A DNA stretch of 63,791 nt, the filler included, from Phoronis australis (Eukaryota; Animalia; Phoronida): the NCBI GenBank assembly GCA_002633005.1. It is 7 parts of 7 records of this genome, joined end to end, with 100 filler letters (N's around TTAATTAATTAA, not from the genome) between each part and the next. Parts side by side here need not be neighbours in the genome. Positions count along the whole stretch, not along the records: positions 1 to 17,258 come from NMRA01000005.1; positions 17,359 to 25,999 come from NMRA01000276.1; 5 more parts are not named here. One strand, given 5' to 3'. The translations under genes were made by a program, and so were the position numbers. This document shows positions 11,697 through 22,700 of this stretch, in pieces. Within the stretch, counting starts at the first letter, position 1; every line of letters begins with the position of its first letter. The notes beneath the pieces were generated by a model. It did not search any database, was not told where the DNA came from, and worked only from the letters and a program-made list of their open reading frames with translations.

Positions 11697-12894
11697 GTCG
11701 GTGCAAGCTGCATATAGAATGAAAGAGAATGCTGCTTAGAACACCAGACTTTGAATAAACACGAAGGTGACAATTGGACAATATAAAACAAGGCGAAACT
11801 ATTCTTCATAATAGGGTTACATAGCTAGTTGTGACTGAACTGTATGAACCAAGGTGGCCTGGCATAGCATGATACCAGGTTGATAACCATAACCTGCCGA
11901 GTCATGTAATTAATAGTTGTGCTACCACACAATCACAATCACAAAGACGGGTAATGGCTGAACGAAGTGGTTGAATAACACGCAAAATGAATCCCCCACT
12001 TTGTGGGTTTAGGTTAGGGCTGTTCCAACAAAATCCCTATGGCAGGGGGGACGGCAGCTGATATAAAAAATTTATGGGTGGTTTTTTCAAGAAAATACAA
12101 ATTATGGGTGGTCCTTCTTGAAAAAAGTATATTGTTAAAAGAGGGTGGTATTTTTTGTCCTGTAAATGTTGACAGGTGGGTATTTTCAACCAAACACTGA
12201 TCTCAACACCCTCTGAAAAAATTCACTTGACATATAATGGTGTTAACACATCTAAGAAAAGTATGAGAAGTCAAATAGACAATTTCCAATATTCACTTGG
12301 CATAGCGGCTTAAAAGCGTTCATGGAAACATCTTGAGATTTGTAGATTCTTGAAATTGAAAAAAATGTCATTGAAATTGCACATGGTGGACAGAGACACC
12401 TGGTGGCTGCCTAAATCAAGTATTGCTCACAGGTGTCTTTCAAAAGCAAGTTTCTGGTAACTGACATGAGTTGTGATCTCACATGGAATCTTTCAGCACC
12501 CACAAAAACTTTTGCGATCGAATAGTCGGCATCTCGTCTGTTCCTTCACCTCGCCGTCGATCGGTTCGTCTGTCAGTATCAGTTCTTGTCCAACAATTGA
12601 CCTATCGCAAGCTCCACCCCTTTGTGCAATGTCGACTAACAAGCAGCAGACTCATCTAGCGGCCCTTTTAAAAAAATGACGGCTTTGGACGGCACGGCCA
12701 AGACGGAAAAAAGACGGCCTGTTCCAAAACAACCTCGGCAAAAATGAAGGCTAAACGAAGAATTTTAACATTTATTATTTATAAATTTCATTGAAACCTA
12801 CAACTCATTGTTTAAGCTCGCTAAATTAAGAAATAACTCGACATTAGAAACTTTTGCCGTCTATTTTTAATATGTCACAATGACGATCGGCAAA

Positions 12895-12940
12895 TACTGG
12901 CAGCCATCTTTGGGAATACCTTCCTATTCTGTGACGTCAA
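12895..12940 (-). promoter_or_regulatory. Candidate regulatory motifs (CRE palindrome and YY1-like site)
   Basis: TGACGTCA at ~12932 and AAGATGGCTGCC on the minus strand; motif match only. Confidence 0.25.
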
Positions 12941-13529
12941 GGTGACTTCATACGGAATCCCCCGCACGACTACTCGACAAATATTGCATCCAGCGCTAAC
13001 TACCCGTACATGGACTCTTAATCTTTGAAATTGAAGAACCCACACCCGAAGTTCAAAGGATTTGCCGTACCCCTAATGCTAGTTGCCGACGCGGAAGTTG
13101 AAAGCGGCACTCGATATATTCGACGGAACAGCCAATTTGAAATAGCCGACGGAGAACGCACACTTCGAAAAAAATGATACCCGACAAAATTCTAGCACTG
13201 ACCTGCCATACAAATGCCATCAATGTCGTTGAACATGCAAACCAGATAAAACTTAGCACAAACTTCCTTAATTTGTTTGCATAGCTCCGTTGCAACTCGA
13301 ACGAATGAAAAAATATCAAAAAAATCCACACGGCTGAACGACGTATATTGATGCGCGAGAAAGATGCAGTGCAAAGTTTACGAGAAAAAAATGTGGTGTG
13401 TAATATTGGTTACGTATTCAATGAATAATTTAGCATGAAAATAAATGCCTCGAAATACCTCAACTTATTGTGGAATTCCATGATTATTGGGCGATTCAAG
13501 TTTATTTTCTGTGTGTGGCACTGCGTGCC

Positions 13530-13700
13530 GTATATGGAAAAGAAGTAGGTCAGCCAGTCACGTGCACATCATCTGTTACTTCGGCTGTGAACCAGACAGG
13601 GGATTTGACTCTTAAACTGCGAGAAAAGAAAGGTTCTTTTTAAGAATAAATTTCCTGTAGCATACTATGAAAGACTGATTGACTTTCAACCTGGTAAGTT
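13530..13700. promoter_or_regulatory. Candidate promoter / first-exon region upstream of RPL26
   Basis: Minus-strand pyrimidine tracts CTTCTTTTCC (~13536-13545) and CCTTTCTTTTCTC (~13621-13633); E-box GTCACGTG (~13557); plus-strand donor CTG|gtaagt at ~13692. Confidence 0.3.
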
Positions 13701-14917
13701 TCAGTTCAACAAAGCGTCCACTTAAAATGCGCCGTGACTGCAGAAGACGTAACAACTACGATGTCCCCGGCGACCACTGGCTACACTCGTAGCCACACGT
13801 GACATTTACGAGTAAAGCGCTTGTCAAAACGTTTAAGAAACGTTAAAATACGAATGCCAAATTCAAACACGGAGTTTCGACGTTTTTTTTTTGGTCACGA
13901 TCCTTTACGAAGCCAAGTCCGGGTATACACGCGCAAGTGCACATACGCCGTCACTCCTATTTTCCAGCGGAGACTTTCGACCATGTTGAGCACTGGTGAT
14001 ACTGATTTTGAATTTGTTGAGGATATGGTTTTGTTTTTGTAGATTCGTGAATTGCATTACTGTGCGATGTAATGTAACGTAAACATGTACTCTAGAATAT
14101 ATTTCTTCATGTCCTTTCGAATGCAACTTCATTGTCTTCTCACAATTTTAAGTGGTTTCTCAACTGCATTTTACTCTTCTCTTTTGAGAGCTTCAAGATA
14201 CATTGAGTCCTGTACTCATGCTGTCTATCACGCAACTCTACATAGATTATCTTACTAAAAAGATTTACAGATCTTGATTTTTGCAGCCTAGTGGCAATAC
14301 ACACATCCTGAATGGAACAAACCTCCTAATTTTTGTTTAGTTTCCCTATGTGCTGTCCTTTGAACAAGAAAAAGACATCCAAACAGTGCGCTAAATAAAA
14401 TGCAAGGAAATGACCTTTTTTATGTAACAATTTTTTCTTCACTGGGTGGGGGAATTCCCCCACCTCCCTCCCCCCCCAACGACTCATCAGTCTCACGAAT
14501 TTGGACCCCCAGTTTTGAAATCCTAGATGAGTCCCTGACAAGCAGTAAGTTTTACCTGGCAACGTGCTGTTGTCAGGTGAAATGGCGGCTTGGAAATGAA
14601 GGTGGGTCAAAAATTCTGCGTTCTAAATGGTCAGTAAAGCAGTCACTCAAAATCCATAGATAGGAAATAATTTTTGATGTGCTTAAAGAGCAAAACTTAA
14701 AAGTGGCCTACGGTAATTAAAGCTTTTTAATTTCGGCTGGTTCCAAAACCTCAAAACAGCACCATTCTAAACAAGCTAATAGCCCATGTTAGCTTTTGTC
14801 ATAGACTGGCAGCTTCAGATGGCTGAAATAAGAACCTGACCCACATGGCAGTGCTAGTCGGACCAAGAGTGTTCATGTTCCAAACCCTAAGGTAAACTCA
14901 AGAAGCAATTTAATCGA

Positions 14918-14987
14918 GCAGTTCTCAGGAAGTGCCGCAATTTGTTTCATAATGATCAAACGGTAATTCCATTCATCACTGAACTGC
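14918..14987 (-). ncRNA. Box C/D snoRNA copy 3 (SNORD65/snR77-type)
   Basis: Perfect stem, canonical C box GUGAUGA, guide UGGAAUUACCG, D' UUGA and D CUGA; flanks homologous to those of copy 2. Confidence 0.85.
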
Positions 14988-15197
14988 ATTCAACTAAAGT
15001 ATCCAGCAGGTGAGTGGTTGTTAGTCATACAGTTGCAACTGAACAGAATAGGAAACTAATCTAAACTAGACGCCTGATAACTAGTATTAGGATATATGCG
15101 AGAGTAAAACAACTTAAATATGACACTTGATTCTAAACTTTCACTGAGCAGACTTCCAACCATATAGATTACTTCAAGGGTTGGTTTACCAACTAGA

Positions 15198-15341
15198 GTT
15201 GGCATCGGTTCCTCGGAGTCAGTATATCTGTTTGCAAACTACAACAACTGCAGTAACAGCAAAGTTTACCCGATCCGGGAATAGAACCAGTAACCCCGTT
15301 AAAACCGGCAAGCGTGCCAACCATTCAGCTAATAGGCAACT
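15198..15341 (-). mobile_element. tRNA-derived SINE copy
   Basis: A box TAGCTGAATGG (15321-15331), B box GGTTCTATTCCC (15277-15288); aligns with 63181-63322. Confidence 0.65.
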
Positions 15342-15411
15342 GACCGTTAGAAAGTGGCCAACAGAGGCTCACATGATTCACCGGAAGCACGTCAACAACA
15401 CTGCCAAGACC

Positions 15412-15525
15412 TGGGGTGCTTTCAATAATGCTAGGACCTAGCAAAAATCTAGCCAAAAGTCATGTTTTCATTTAAATGCACAAAGTCTTGCTTTTTAGCG
15501 GGGTCTTAATGTTACTGAACGGGAG
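15412..15525. mobile_element. ~110-130 bp MITE family, copy 1
   Basis: Imperfect TIR ttcaataatgctaggacc / ggtcttaatgttactgaa; similar to copies at 19583 and 62270. Confidence 0.55.
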
Positions 15526-15899
15526 ACTGGACACTAGTTGCATTAGGCAACATGTAGCCCCTTGGGTGGCTGGTTAGCGGCTACAGTACTTCCCATCCCT
15601 TTCTCTACTAATTTCGTCTCGTGTATTATGAAAGGCCAGAAGGCAAATTCCGCTTACAGATTAAGAGTTCTCACCTCGTCAAAAATACATACTTAACTTA
15701 AACCTATCACTTAAAACAAGTGCTTGCTTTCTTTAGTGATCCTTTCTGCTTCAACACATATCTTCGATGAAGCATAGCTCCAAGAATTAAGGTGACTTTG
15801 GCGAAGAATTCCAACCTCACTTTTTGGCCACCGTTAACTTTTTCACCGCGTGCGATGACCACAAAGTATTTCAAGAGTCACGTGAGTTAGGCAAAAGGC

Positions 15900-16495
15900 T
15901 AGCGTCTCCCTGGTTCCCCCGAGTGCCGCTAGGTGATAGCCAGCCCGCAGCTATCACTGAATTTTCCTTGGGACAATTTTTTACACCGGCGTTTCTGATT
16001 GGCAGGTAGAATTCTCAACAGGCAGCGCTTTATTCAAACAAAATGGCATGACTGACGATGTTTAAATGTTGTCTGTTGAAAAGACGAATTGTTGCTTAAA
16101 ATTCATGTCTAAGAAATGTGAATCCCAGAAAATTGTGGTTGCGCTTTTTTGGCGTGCATCTTTCTACTGATGCTGACTTGTTTACATTGCTGTCCTGTAT
16201 TCATACAGTATGGATAACACACTAGTTAAATCGGCCAGGTGACGACGTGTTTAATTGTACATGTACATGCTTCAAGCACGCAGCTATGAAACGTTACGTT
16301 TACTGCAGAAACCAAATAGTTGCTACTACGCCACTTGCATGACGAGGCTAAAAAACATTCATAGTACGCCATTTTCTCTGTTGTAAAGCTAATGACTGCC
16401 GAGTTTACATCAACCACTAATAAAGCGCGTGCTACTGCCTGCTACCTGCGTGCTGGCTACCACCCAGCGGCACGCAGGGAACCAGCGAGAGGCTA
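15900..16495. mobile_element. Non-autonomous TIR element with TAG...CTA termini
   Basis: ~50-bp imperfect TIRs (tagcgtctccctggttcccccgagtgccgct / agcggcacgcagggaaccagcgagaggcta); internal sequence recurs at 17368-17655. Confidence 0.7.
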
Positions 16496-16911
16496 GCGTG
16501 AGATTGAGCGAAGCGCGCGATACTTGCAAATAGCATGGGAAAATATCAAGCGAAATTTGTAAGATTTGTGCCCCTGGAATTTTTGTTCGTCAACAGGCAT
16601 GATTTCACACAACTTCATCAAAATGGCACCCGGTGAGAGAAATTCAAGCCAACCTCAAAAGATTTTCATGGTTATGTTAAAGTTAAGTTGACTAAATTGT
16701 ATCCATAGTCATGGAATGTGTTACAATTGTAACTCCGTCTCCAATGTATGTTTCATTCGAATTTTTTGGTTGTATTTTGACACAAGTAACTTTTTATTGG
16801 GATGTGCTATCGCCTCTGTGTGCCTGTGGCATTCATGGCGATGTAATTGCTTATTGACATAGTCGGATATGCCACATCTTATAATGGACCCCGTTAAAGA
16901 AACTGGTTTCA

Positions 16912-17085
16912 TCCACAGGCGTCCTCAGCTTCTGATCGTCCCCAGTACACTATATAATATACTACAAGGTATAACACTCCGGACTAGAAATACCACGGGT
17001 GCTTCACTTCAGCTGTCCATAGCAAACACAAAACTCAATAAATTTTCAGAGGTTCAACAAACCATGAGGAATTGTTCTTTCTCTA
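16912..17085 (+). repeat. Interspersed repeat shared with 63398-63576
   Basis: ccacaggcgtcctcagcttctgatcgtcccca...aaaccatg.aattgttctttctc is present at both loci. Confidence 0.85.
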
Positions 17086-17258
17086 AATCAGGGCTTGGAA
17101 TGATCAATGACAAAAAGCGCGGAAACTTTTACGGCCCAAATCATGTGCGCCACCCAGCCTTGAAATGGTCGATGTGAACCTTTCCCCCGCGAGAAAAATC
17201 GGGACTAAAAAAAAAAAAAAAAAACACGTTACCACTATCAGTAGCATGCGTCTGCGTC

Positions 17259-17358
17259 NNNNNNNNNNNNNNNNNNNNNNNNNNNNNNNNNNNNNNNNNN
17301 NNTTAATTAATTAANNNNNNNNNNNNNNNNNNNNNNNNNNNNNNNNNNNNNNNNNNNN
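17259..17358. other. Artificial contig spacer (44N-TTAATTAATTAA-44N)
   Basis: Identical 100-nt spacer also at 26000-26099, 34483-34582, 37132-37231, 42343-42442 and 53806-53905; the core gives stop codons in all six frames. Confidence 0.95.
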
Positions 17359-17367
17359 TGAACGCAC

Positions 17368-17655
17368 GCCTGTATTCATACAGTATGAATTATACACCGG
17401 TTAAATCGGCCAGATGTGTGTTTATTGCACATGCATGTGCAAAGCACGCGGCTATTGTAAACATTACTATAGTTGCTGCTACGCCACTTGCATGACAAGG
17501 CTAAAAACGTTCATAGTCCGCCATATTCTCTCTTTGTTGTAAAACTAACCAATGACTGTCGAGGTTACATCAACCAGTGATAAAACGCGTGCTACTGAAT
17601 GATACCTAGTGCGTACTGTCTACTCCCTAGCGGACACGCAAGGAACCAGCGAGCC
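17368..17655 (+). repeat. Partial second copy of the 15900-16495 element
   Basis: Aligns with 16196-16490 (cctgtattcatacagtatg...gctacgccacttgcatgac...ggaaccagcgag). Confidence 0.8.
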
Positions 17656-17878
17656 TCGCGGTGGTACGCACTGACTGTGAATACAACAAATAACTAATTC
17701 AGCGTGTTGAATAAGTTTTAACCTAAAATACGCGTTGACTAAGCAGCAGTGCGCGTTGCCAAGCGCGTTGAATAACTAATTCAGCGCATTAATTAAGCTG
17801 TAACACGCGTCGGTTGTATTTCAACAAACAGAAAGGTACTCGTTCAAGAACCTTTTGGCGCTTCAACTACTCCACCTG

Positions 17879-17983
17879 CAGTGGCCCATATGGCCGTTCG
17901 GGAGTGCGAATGTTTGACGGACAAAATCCTGACCAATACTCTACCCTGGCCCCCCCTAACTCAAAATCCTGAATCCACCCCTG
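17879..17983. mobile_element. Short CAG...CTG MITE
   Basis: acctg|cagtgg...tccacccctg|acctg, an apparent 5-bp duplication; similar G/C-run ends recur near 14.5, 25.8, 28.7, 40.5, 49.1 and 57.2 kb. Confidence 0.5.
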
Positions 17984-19582
17984 ACCTGAATCTTCACAAG
18001 CCTGGCTGACGCTTTCAACTGAGTCGTCACAAGGTAGCGCTGAAGGTATTCCCGACGACAGTGATGGATAGTCGGCAACACTGTTCTGTGGATTCCTCAG
18101 ACAAAAATAGACACGATGGCGGAGTGGTGGTATAAATTTCGTTTCATGCAAAATGCGAACAGACAAATAGATAACAGTTTTAACACAAATAACTTGCATC
18201 AAGTTTACACACTCCATAATAGACATATCAATCATCCAAGGTGCACCAAACACAGGAGAACAACGTGATGACATCCTCTTACCGTTTCAGTTTGAGCTGA
18301 GGGGGGGGGGGTTAACAACGAGGCCAATACGCATGGAAGACGTTGGCTTCAGATACTGCTAAAGCAAAACAAATATTGGTAAAATTGTACTCAAAGGCAG
18401 AAACGTGTCGGAACGATAGTTCCAAGACACATGCGTGTAAACGTAGGTCTACGTGTACATGTATGTCTTAGTTGTGAGTGCATAAGTCATGTCATTGCCA
18501 ACTGCATCGAAAATATGCCTAGACAACTTGTTCAGCAGTCGCGGTAAGTGAAATCCTCACGCTAGCTTCTTATTGCTATTCACTCTTATTGTCACTAAAA
18601 GTCCCGTCCACACACAGAACTAAAAACGGCAGTTAGACTACAGAAGGATGGGTATTATTTATCATGATCTGAACAGTATAAATACCTGTGTGACTGTCGT
18701 TGTGTCCAGTGCGACAAAGTCAGTGACTCGGTCCCTAACAAAGAACTTGGGCGCAATAGTTTCCATCGCATACCGTAGAAACTCGCTTCAAGACTTGAAT
18801 AGACCTCGTTTCTCTTTTGTATTGCGTATCAAATTATGTCTTGGTGGAAATGTGTTGTTTTTGTAAACAATCTAATAATGCATAATCACAACATGGAAAA
18901 GTGGTGGGTCACTACATGCGTGTTTTATTAGTGAATTCTTTTGTAGACAACGCACCATATCTATAGCTATTTTCACTTACCATAAATACCCTGCACAGTC
19001 CAGTTGAGGGACCAGCTTAGTAAACGGTCTTGATTTCAAGACAACTTTCTGATGACTAACCGGTTGGAAATTGGAGACTAGTAAGGACAGTCGGGACTTT
19101 TATTTTTCCGTAATTCACCGACCACAATAAAAACTTACGTCACCAAATATTTCGTAGTATAAAGAAGTTTAGTTGTCGAGATTTTAACAACAAACAGTTT
19201 GCATATAATGTGCCATTCAGACACTTTAGATGTAAAGAATTTTATGTTAGAATTCACGCTAATGTTTTGTGTTCTTCAAAAGAAATACAAAACTGAGAAA
19301 AAGCAGAACGATTGTCAAAGTGATATCCGTCACATCATAGCTGGGGAGTCATCAGGTACCGGTAGTATGAACTTGTCACCAGTTTTAAAAGCGGACATGG
19401 CCAGCGTTCCGTCGAAGAAACTAAGTTTCAGTTTAAGTCACTTACTACCTTAAAATTGGTGTCACCGTATTCCCTATTCGGATTTGTTCTAGTGAAGAAC
19501 TCCTCGTGGTTTGAGACAAGTCGCGCTCGTCCAATAAAATGACACACCACCACAGGACACTGAAGTGCAACTTTAGAGACTG

Positions 19583-19700
19583 GGAAGAGTTCAGTAACGC
19601 TAGGACCTCGCTAAAATCTGGCCCAAGTCACGTGCTCTCGTTTAAAATACACGGCAATATCATCTTACTTTTTCGCGAGGTCCTAGTGTTAACTAATGAA
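19583..19700. mobile_element. ~110-130 bp MITE family, copy 2
   Basis: ttcagtaacgctaggacctcgc ... gcgaggtcctagtgtta inverted pair. Confidence 0.65.
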
Positions 19701-22700
19701 TTCTACTCTGGATCTCAAACAATAACATTTTTTTCCAAGCCCAGAAATCGCAACGTTTTAACTTATCTCATAACACGAAGTAGTCTAAGTCAATAGGTAG
19801 AGTATTGTGACGTGAGGCAGGTTTAAATTGCCGTTTCAGCAGACTAAATTGTATATAGCTACGGTTGTCCAACAACCGGGAAACCCGACTTCAGAAGATT
19901 TATACAGTTGAACTTGACATCGCCTCAACTGCTAAGAAACCCTTTGCGTTGCAGGTTCAACGACGATCCCCATTGAAATGCACACGCGGTACACAACTGT
20001 ACTCAAACATCTTGTAAACATCTGCTGCGATCCCAGAGTGAAACATTAAATCTACGAGAGGTAGCACTTCAAGACACAACTTGTAAACGAGATTGTTTTA
20101 TTTAAAGACGTCTCAAAGGTCACGAAAGCGAGAAAGTGGCAAACCCGCGTACGGGTTCGGCATCAAATCGGCACTAGGTGGGTCTCCGCGGGGCTGACAT
20201 CGGCTATGGAACGACACCAGAGCCCACTAAAAAAGTCAAATCTGCAACATTGAGTGAGTTGGTGAACAGAATGAAGTAGTCCGTCGTGTGGATGTTCAAT
20301 CAAACTTTAAAACAATAAAATTGTAAACTATGTTCTCAGTTTGCAATAGGGTACTTTCGGATCCGCGTGGTGGCGCTGCTGTACTAGCACAATAAAGATT
20401 TGATATTATTAAATACTAACTTAGCAAAATAAAAATTTGGCACTGTTAAGTACCAGCTATGCATAGCGGCTCAATAAAGAAGTAAGTTTTTAACAGAAGG
20501 CGGATTTATAGCCCTCTGTGACAAACTGACTGATTGACTGATATGATTGATTGACAGCCGGGTACTGTAAGGCTTTACGTTGAACAATGGTCACTTTACG
20601 AAATGCAGGACTTAAAAAATGGATATGAATTTCCAGTGTATTTGCAGAGTTAACAGTTACACCTGTACACACCCAACTTGATATCACTCAGTGAAAAACT
20701 TGAGACTACGTGCTTGGATACGTGAAAAGATGGCCATCACTCTGGCGTTTCGGTTCCTTCAGCAACCTTACTAAGATTTTTTTGTAACCTGAAAACCTGT
20801 TCAAGACTACCCAGTTGTTCCTTTGCGCCAAATTCGTTCCGCTCATAATGTCAACAAACAGTAACAGCTGTCTAAACCTTAATAACACTTTAATTAACTT
20901 TCCACACGCGAGGTGTCAGCACGCAGCGATTTTCCTATTACTGTTGGCCTTACAAGACTCAAAATGCTGATGAACTTAAAGGAAAACATCTAATCGGCCA
21001 AGCAGATTACTTTAGAAGGAGTGTCCATAAAATTATACACGTACGCACGTGCTATTAACTTACACTTTTGTGAAAAGTGACACTCGTCTCACAACGCCCT
21101 TCGTATGACCTTCGTAAGCCGCTGATGTGGAATACGCAGAACAAAACAGTTCCTGGCTTGGAGACTTCTCACCGTCAGTGTCTATTTTGCCTTTTGACTT
21201 CTCCGAAACTATCAGCAGCCACGTCCAAATAAATATCATAATCGATCTATCAAATTAACCATTCCCTCGTTTAACCCTAATACGACCAATTATGTTATTG
21301 ACTTTCGCAATTTTGCGTATAGTTTTCTGAAAGTGTAATATTAGTCATGTCACCACGTCTTGCGTTTCCCCTTCGTTGAGTAGTAAATTGTGACGTTATA
21401 ATAGTAGGTGATGAAATAAAGACCTTTGTGTTATTTCATACTACTCAAATTAACCAATTCTACGGCCCCATTCTACTCCAACCGATATCATGGTTTTAAC
21501 TCTCAAATCATAGATTGTTCATGCTTATTGCCGTTCATATTTAATGGCAGTACAGCGTGCACTGAGTTTGGTTATAAAATCATTTTCGAAAGTTTCACAT
21601 GCCGCCAACAGTTTACACATTTGCAAATTTGTGAGATCAAAAATAACAAAAAAAAATTTAAGCTTCAAGATGAAAATAAATGCAGACTGGTAGTTCTTAT
21701 TGACCACGTGTTTCGAGGAACATTTCTTTGGTATTACTTAAAGAAACTAATAGTCTTCACGTCCAAAATGCATCTTTTGTGATCATTGCTGAATGAGAAC
21801 GACTTTTTGAAGTTATTAGGTTTAACCGGAGATGTGAAACAATAAAATCCGTAGGATTTTGTGATTTTATTACAAATCGCCAATTCTCGCATTTGTCGAA
21901 AATTGGCTGTTGAATTTACCAGATAAATACGCTTGAAATACTCAAAACGTAGGAGTGGGATTTAGCTAATCCAACGAAGAGGTTGGCCGAGACGTGTGAT
22001 ATTCAGGTTCTATTCTGCGACGGTACTCTTCTCAGAAAAAGGTTTTCTTGCTGATAGTCACTTTAAAGTGGCATAATCGGCGACAATGAATGATTAATAA
22101 AATGCTCAGTTGAACAGTATTGCACGTCGATTTTTACTCAAACAAAACCTAAACAGTTGGTCAGAACTTTTTCATGAAAAATTCTTCGATTTTTTACGAG
22201 AATATGTTCTTTGTTTTATTTTCCTTTCGCAAACGCATGCGAAGCCGGTAACCCTCGACTGCCCTGGCCGTTGAACCACCGCCAAAGATTTTATAGTATC
22301 TTTGCCACCGCCTCACTCCCAAGACCGTCACTTTATCCGGCACGTGATTTTAGGGTTTAGGCATGATGTCCAGTGACGTAGTATTCGGGTTAGTTAAACC
22401 CATCAAAAACTGGTTAGCAGTTATAATTAGGAGAATGTCAGGTTTTCAAGGAAGCGGATTTGGCCAGATAATAAAACGAGTTTTACATAATTACACCGCC
22501 AGCCGGGTGAGATAATTGAAACTTTTTGAGATTCAGCGAGGGATTTCAACTGATTGATTAGTTAAAAACTGGAAATATTATAAGCTTTTCAAAAGCAACT
22601 AAGGCTTACGCTTAAACCAGACAAAAGTATGCATGGAGGTCAAGCTATTTGTAGAAGACGGAAGACTGCAAACCCTTCTGTCTATGAGAGTTCGGCATTC

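Noticed and set aside
17303-17314. TTAATTAATTAA as a biological motif or transposon target
   Set aside because: Always centred in exactly 44+44 Ns, so it is an assembly linker.
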